A stretch of 30,736 nucleotides of DNA, from positions 1 to 30,736 of IMG/VR virus record IMGVR_UViG_3300037462_000402. One strand, 5' to 3'. The notes beneath the pieces were generated by a model. The model saw only the letters and a list, made by a program, of their open reading frames with translations, did no database searches and was not told where the DNA came from. The stretch's first letter is position 1, and the number at the start of each line of letters is the position of its first letter. The position numbers and the translations under genes were made by a program. This document shows, one piece after another, positions 26,976-30,736 of this stretch. The stretch comes from a virus (Duplodnaviria; Caudoviricetes).

Positions 26976-27689
26976 ATGACGGAAATCGAGAAGTTAATTG
27001 AGGCGGCACAGGAAGCGCGTGATCTCACACTGATATTGCTGATTTTGTTGATGCTATCTTCAGCGGTGGCGGCGTACACGCTTGCGATTCTTAGGCGTGG
27101 TCGACCAGCAACCGCTGAAGATACGACCAATGTTTTAGCCAATGGGTTAGTAAATGCAATGTTACGCTTATCCAATTCAGTTGACGTGCTGGATAAGATG
27201 TTGCACACACAGATGCAATTACTAACTACGTTGGTTGGCAGCCTTGACACGATCACCAAAACCGTAATCGATGGTTTTGGTCGGATGGATAAGAACGCAG
27301 CAGAACAGCGTACAGGTTTTGTGCAACTCAGTGACCGGGTGGATCAGATATTGACTGCTGCCACCGAGTCGGGCGCGGCAAATCGTACAACGAATGAAAC
27401 ACTCGCAAAAATTGTCGAACAGTTGGGACGGATCGAAAATGTGACCGATCAACTGGTAAAACAGACTCCCACAGACAAGGGTGAAATCTTGACTGAGGTG
27501 AGAGAGCTTCGTGATCTTTTTAAGACTATCAGTCGAGAACTTCAAGAGATGAAAGAGAAAATCGATGAATATCAAACAAGTGTTCGCAGCGTGCCTGTGG
27601 GTGGTGATGCTGCTGTTAATGGTGGTGATCCCAGTGGCGGCACAGGAAGCGACGCCGGAAGCGCCACCAGTGGCGGCGAACCAATCTGA
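26976..27689 (+). CDS. Membrane-anchored coiled-coil protein (lysis-module candidate)
   Basis: One N-terminal TM (LTLILLILLMLSSAVAAYTLAIL), a long heptad-rich region and a Gly-rich tail overlapping the next gene. Confidence 0.65.
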   Translation: MTEIEKLIEAAQEARDLTLILLILLMLSSAVAAYTLAILRRGRPATAEDTTNVLANGLVNAMLRLSNSVDVLDKMLHTQMQLLTTLVGSLDTITKTVIDGFGRMDKNAAEQRTGFVQLSDRVDQILTAATESGAANRTTNETLAKIVEQLGRIENVTDQLVKQTPTDKGEILTEVRELRDLFKTISRELQEMKEKIDEYQTSVRSVPVGGDAAVNGGDPSGGTGSDAGSATSGGEPI

Positions 27690-27984
27690 AACCATTGTGA
27701 ATGACCTGACCGGGGGTCTTTTCGGCGTAATCGGGGTTTTGTTGGTGTTGTTAGGGGCGGCAGGGGTTTCGATTCACAATAGTACCCCGGTGCGCTTATT
27801 GTTGTCTTTAAGTGCGAATTTGGCGACATTGACCACCACACCTAAAGACGATCAGCAAATTAAACAGATCGCCGATCAGCAAAACTTAGTCACTGTAGAA
27901 ACCGGCGGCGTGAAGTTATTGATCGCACGAGGTGATGTCGTTAATGTGGATGGCAAGCAGGTGTATCCACCGACTTTGCAATAA
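27565..27984 (+). CDS. Holin-like membrane protein
   Basis: Signal/TM ending VAA-QEATPE, second TM GLFGVIGVLLVLLGAAGV and a TTTPKDD motif; last gene of the late operon. Confidence 0.55.
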   Translation: MNIKQVFAACLWVVMLLLMVVIPVAAQEATPEAPPVAANQSETIVNDLTGGLFGVIGVLLVLLGAAGVSIHNSTPVRLLLSLSANLATLTTTPKDDQQIKQIADQQNLVTVETGGVKLLIARGDVVNVDGKQVYPPTLQ

Positions 27985-28007
27985 TCCGCATGTGCAGACA
28001 ATTTTGG

Positions 28008-28048
28008 AGCGGGGAGTGATCAGACTATCGATCACTCCCCGCTTTTTT
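28008..28048 (+). terminator. Rho-independent terminator ending the late operon at the convergence point
   Basis: 14-bp stem AGCGGGGAGTGATC-AGACTATC-GATCACTCCCCGCT followed by a T tract. Confidence 0.85.
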
Positions 28049-28301
28049 ATTGGTCTAGATGGCGATAGCCGTTAATTAGAGCTACGACCACTACGGGATT
28101 AGGTTTGGTTTCACACATCAGCGTTGAGGTGGATTCGTCATATTGCCATGTCGGATTTTCTGCTACAGATGCCTTAAAGATATTGTGGTTAAATGCTTGT
28201 CTTTCAAACCAGGCAATAGCCTTAAGTGCATCGGCGTTCCTGTCGGAATAGCCGATCAGTTGATCGGCTATTCGTTGTTTACGTTGCTGATTATTCATCA
28301 T
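28047..28301 (-). CDS. Hypothetical protein
   Basis: ATG overlaps the TGA of the upstream gene; GAGGA RBS. Confidence 0.55.
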   Translation of the reverse strand: MMNNQQRKQRIADQLIGYSDRNADALKAIAWFERQAFNHNIFKASVAENPTWQYDESTSTLMCETKPNPVVVVALINGYRHLDQ

Positions 28302-29329
28302 GTTTCCTCTGTGGCTGTCACCTCGCATTTTTTACAAACATCGGTAGGATGACTAAGTTTGAGTGTTTCGCCGCATTCAACACATTCTTTAAAGTTACGG
28401 TTAAAGCAAAATCCGCACAAAACCGTGTCCGGATCGATTGCATATGCCGAATCGGATTGGCAGGTGTCACTACAATAGGTGCAGGTTGTATACCATAAAT
28501 CGTAGCACATCCCACACACAACGGTTTCGCCATACGGATACGACGAGTCGTCCTCACCGATGAACTCTCCGCAATTGTAGCACGTATCTCCATAGATCTT
28601 GAGATCAATCTCTGTTTTCTTTAATAGATTTGAACCCTCTGGCGCGACAATATAACCAGTCCCCCCATTGATCCATATCAAGCCGTTTTCTTTGCCAAAA
28701 TTATAAACATCGACTTTGGCATATTGTCCTTTGGTCAAAATACTGAGAATAAACGCAGCTTTGGCCAAGCTGATACCATAGGCATTGAACAGTACAAAAC
28801 TGTCCATCGATGATAAGCTTAGAACCAGAACCCGTCCGCAGCCCATACCGTCGTTGTAAAAACGCATAGCGTAAGCGTTTTCACAACGATTTAATGCCGT
28901 GCGTGCTTCATCGTGATCTTCCCAAAAACACGACCCCTCATCTCCAAAATCCCCATGATCCCAATCGATCCGATCGGTAAAATCAAACTCAAAATTTTGG
29001 AGATCTACACTGTGTTCTCGCGCTAGGTTGCCTACCATTTCTAGGAAGTGAGGTGGGCATTTCAGTTTGTACTCTTTCCAATAGTATTGACCGACACGGG
29101 TAGCAAACTTCCCGCGATACTTCCCCGTTGCCGTCCACACCCATTCCCAATCGTCGGGTAGAGATGGCAACCAATTGCGCCAATAGTAGGGCGGGTTTGA
29201 CAAGCGCCATTCGTGTTTATCCGCTTGTTGCTGACCGATGTAATCTTCGATCAGCAACCGACCGTACTCGGAAATAAGCCCTTGTTTCACTTGCAGGACT
29301 TGTCTGTTGTTTAGCTCAATTTCAAACAT
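28298..29329 (-). CDS. Hypothetical protein with GDFGDxGSCFW motif and C-terminal CxxC Zn-ribbon array
   Basis: AGGAG RBS; six CxxC pairs in the last ~95 aa. Confidence 0.75.
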   Translation of the reverse strand: MFEIELNNRQVLQVKQGLISEYGRLLIEDYIGQQQADKHEWRLSNPPYYWRNWLPSLPDDWEWVWTATGKYRGKFATRVGQYYWKEYKLKCPPHFLEMVGNLAREHSVDLQNFEFDFTDRIDWDHGDFGDEGSCFWEDHDEARTALNRCENAYAMRFYNDGMGCGRVLVLSLSSMDSFVLFNAYGISLAKAAFILSILTKGQYAKVDVYNFGKENGLIWINGGTGYIVAPEGSNLLKKTEIDLKIYGDTCYNCGEFIGEDDSSYPYGETVVCGMCYDLWYTTCTYCSDTCQSDSAYAIDPDTVLCGFCFNRNFKECVECGETLKLSHPTDVCKKCEVTATEET

Positions 29330-29336
29330 ATAACTC

Positions 29337-29561
29337 CTATTTAGAACGCTTTTTCCTCCCGGCCGGACTCGGTTGCCATGTCTCTGCGGCTGTGGTTGGA
29401 ATAAGCCATTGACCCCGCTCTTTTGTCCCTTGTTTTATTGCGCCTTTGATCCGGCGTTGATCCTCTGGTAGTTTTTGATCTTTCCAAAGGATACGAATAA
29501 CGGAAAACTCTTTCAGTCCGACCCGTTCAGCAAATTCTTTCGCTGTGATGTAATCGCTCAT
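29337..29561 (-). CDS. HTH_17/Xis-like DNA-binding protein
   Basis: YITAKEFAERVGL...IKGAIKQG....WLIP and basic tail PAGRKKRSK. Confidence 0.75.
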   Translation of the reverse strand: MSDYITAKEFAERVGLKEFSVIRILWKDQKLPEDQRRIKGAIKQGTKERGQWLIPTTAAETWQPSPAGRKKRSK

Positions 29562-29950
29562 TGTGTCACCCCTTGCTGGGTCGGTTGGATTTCGATCAAC
29601 CATACGCGCCCTTCAAACAATTCTCCCCAATCACTAAACCACTCATCGCGGTTAGCGTAACCCATTGCGTTGAACTGTTGGTCACTGAGCAGATCCGTGT
29701 GTGTTAAATCAATCCCCGTGATCATGGCGTTGGTGACGATTTTCCCTTCAACATCTCGGATCGTAAGATCCTCTCCAACGCTAAATTGATAGCGGCGATG
29801 TTTGAACGAGGTGATCACTCCACTGTTGTATTGCTTGGCGGGTATCCAAATATCGTTGATCAACGCCGTGTCGGTTGGCGTTGAAGACGTATACAGTAAG
29901 GTTGCCCCACGCAGAATGCGCGAGGCTGTTGGGACTCGAATATTGCTCAT
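29558..29950 (-). CDS. ASCH/PUA-like protein (divergent N-terminus)
   Basis: VGEDLTI...ITGI......LSDQQFNAMGY.NRDEWF..W.....VWLIEI matches the ASCH C-terminal pattern. The GxKxxxxR motif is not evident. Confidence 0.55.
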   Translation of the reverse strand: MSNIRVPTASRILRGATLLYTSSTPTDTALINDIWIPAKQYNSGVITSFKHRRYQFSVGEDLTIRDVEGKIVTNAMITGIDLTHTDLLSDQQFNAMGYANRDEWFSDWGELFEGRVWLIEIQPTQQGVTQ

Positions 29951-30011
29951 TTGTGGCAGTTTGTCCTTTCAATATAAAAACGGATAAAACCACATCGGAA
30001 GTTTTTGGGAA

Positions 30012-30037
30012 TTTTGGGGGATTTTCATCCCCCAAAA
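30012..30037 (-). other. Stable hairpin with GAAA tetraloop just after the stop of the first early gene
   Basis: 11-bp arms TTTTGGGGGAT/ATCCCCCAAAA. There is no 3' U-tract on the - strand, so it is not a clear terminator. Confidence 0.5.
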
Positions 30038-30039
30038 AA

Positions 30040-30399
30040 TTAGACAAAAAACAGTTCGTTATCAATTTCGATAGCGACTGCTTCTTGTCCATACGTTGCC
30101 TTTAACCACAAGAGAAGATCTCTTACGGCTAAAAGCTTTTGGGTTGACAATGAGTCTGTAAAACTGTAGACTAAAGTTGTGTTTTCGGTGACTAACTCAC
30201 CAGAATTTGCAACCCAAGCCCCGGCAGCATTGACAATAGTCGCGCCGCCGAAAGTTTCACTCATCACCCGTGTGGCGCGGGTGATGAGTGCGTTTGCCTC
30301 GTGGTCTGATAACTTCTCATTTACGTTTACAGTGCGAGGAACATACACCGTAACTTTGTGAGAAAACCCTTTCCCAAAAACTTCCGTTACGTTAGACAT
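30040..30399 (-). CDS. DUF3574-like / phage SAM-lyase-like protein
   Basis: AAGGAG RBS 6 nt before ATG 30399; motifs FGGAT...GAW....GELVTE...YGQEAVAI. Confidence 0.6.
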   Translation of the reverse strand: MSNVTEVFGKGFSHKVTVYVPRTVNVNEKLSDHEANALITRATRVMSETFGGATIVNAAGAWVANSGELVTENTTLVYSFTDSLSTQKLLAVRDLLLWLKATYGQEAVAIEIDNELFFV

Positions 30400-30539
30400 T
30401 TTCATCTCCTTTACTAAAAAATCACGAAAGCGGATGTTTGTTACGCCACATCCTAGCGTGTGCCTTGTTAACGCAGATACCCCCTGCGATGCGCCTGGTA
30501 TCGTCCAGACTTGCCGTGAGGTTTCCCTCATAACTACCC

Positions 30540-30570
30540 TAATTGTATACCAGATATACAATTATGTCAA
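30540..30570 (-). promoter_or_regulatory. Near-consensus sigma70 early promoter with overlapping operator palindrome
   Basis: TTGACA (30570-30565), 17-nt spacer, TACAAT (30547-30542). Inverted repeat TAATTGTATA-N5-TATACAATTA at 30540-30564. Confidence 0.85.
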
Positions 30571-30736
30571 GATCTTTAACCCCTAAAAACAGGGGTATTG
30601 TGTAGAGTTTGTAGTATCGATATGGCAAAAACCCTACACATCAATGTCTTCGGGCGATCTCAACGACAACGATCTCACCATCAAGTATGAAGGCGCGATA
30701 GTTCCCCATGAGACGATGTAGAATCTGATTGATTTT

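Larger units (their letters stand above)
1..30736. mobile_element. Tailed bacteriophage (HK97-type head, non-contractile tail), likely phage-plasmid; partial genome
   Basis: Canonical order TerS-TerL-portal-protease/capsid-neck-tail tube-chaperones-tape measure-distal tail-membrane genes. No sheath gene. ParM/ParR-like pair present; no integrase in the window. Confidence 0.93.

Noticed and set aside
409-27841. Numerous antisense and alternate-frame ORFs in the six-frame track
   Set aside because: They are shadows of well-supported + strand genes and lack RBSs or motifs.
30400-30561. N-terminal extension of the 30040..30561 ORF given in the ORF track
   Set aside because: It overlaps the promoter itself; the RBS supports a start at 30399.
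30622-30721. Short + strand ORFs at the right edge (22 and 25 aa)
   Set aside because: Too short, with no RBS or recognisable motif.

Overview
The whole window is one tailed-phage genome segment, probably a siphovirus-like phage-plasmid. The host is probably Chloroflexota/Anaerolineae, judged from a host-like DnaG and QxATPE-type secreted N-termini. The + strand carries, in order: a 5'-truncated DnaG primase, an MT-A70 methyltransferase, a ParM/ParR-like partition pair, ASCH-DUF4326, Mom-like and DUF1064 genes, a late promoter with a structured leader and a tRNA-like element, TerS/TerL, a portal-2H phosphoesterase-MuF fusion, a protease-capsid fusion, neck, tail and tape-measure genes, and three membrane proteins with no recognisable endolysin. 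A convergent - strand early operon starts from a near-consensus sigma70 promoter and begins with a DUF3574/SAM-lyase-like gene. No integrase is visible. Highlights: (1) a circularly permuted ParM whose phosphate-1 motif is at the C-terminus; (2) an Acb1/LigT-like 2H domain built into the portal; (3) a 28-bp RNA stem whose loop can pair with the next RBS; (4) a tRNA-like gene with a shortened anticodon arm; (5) a candidate SAM lyase. All protein calls come from motif recognition by eye; no searches were run.
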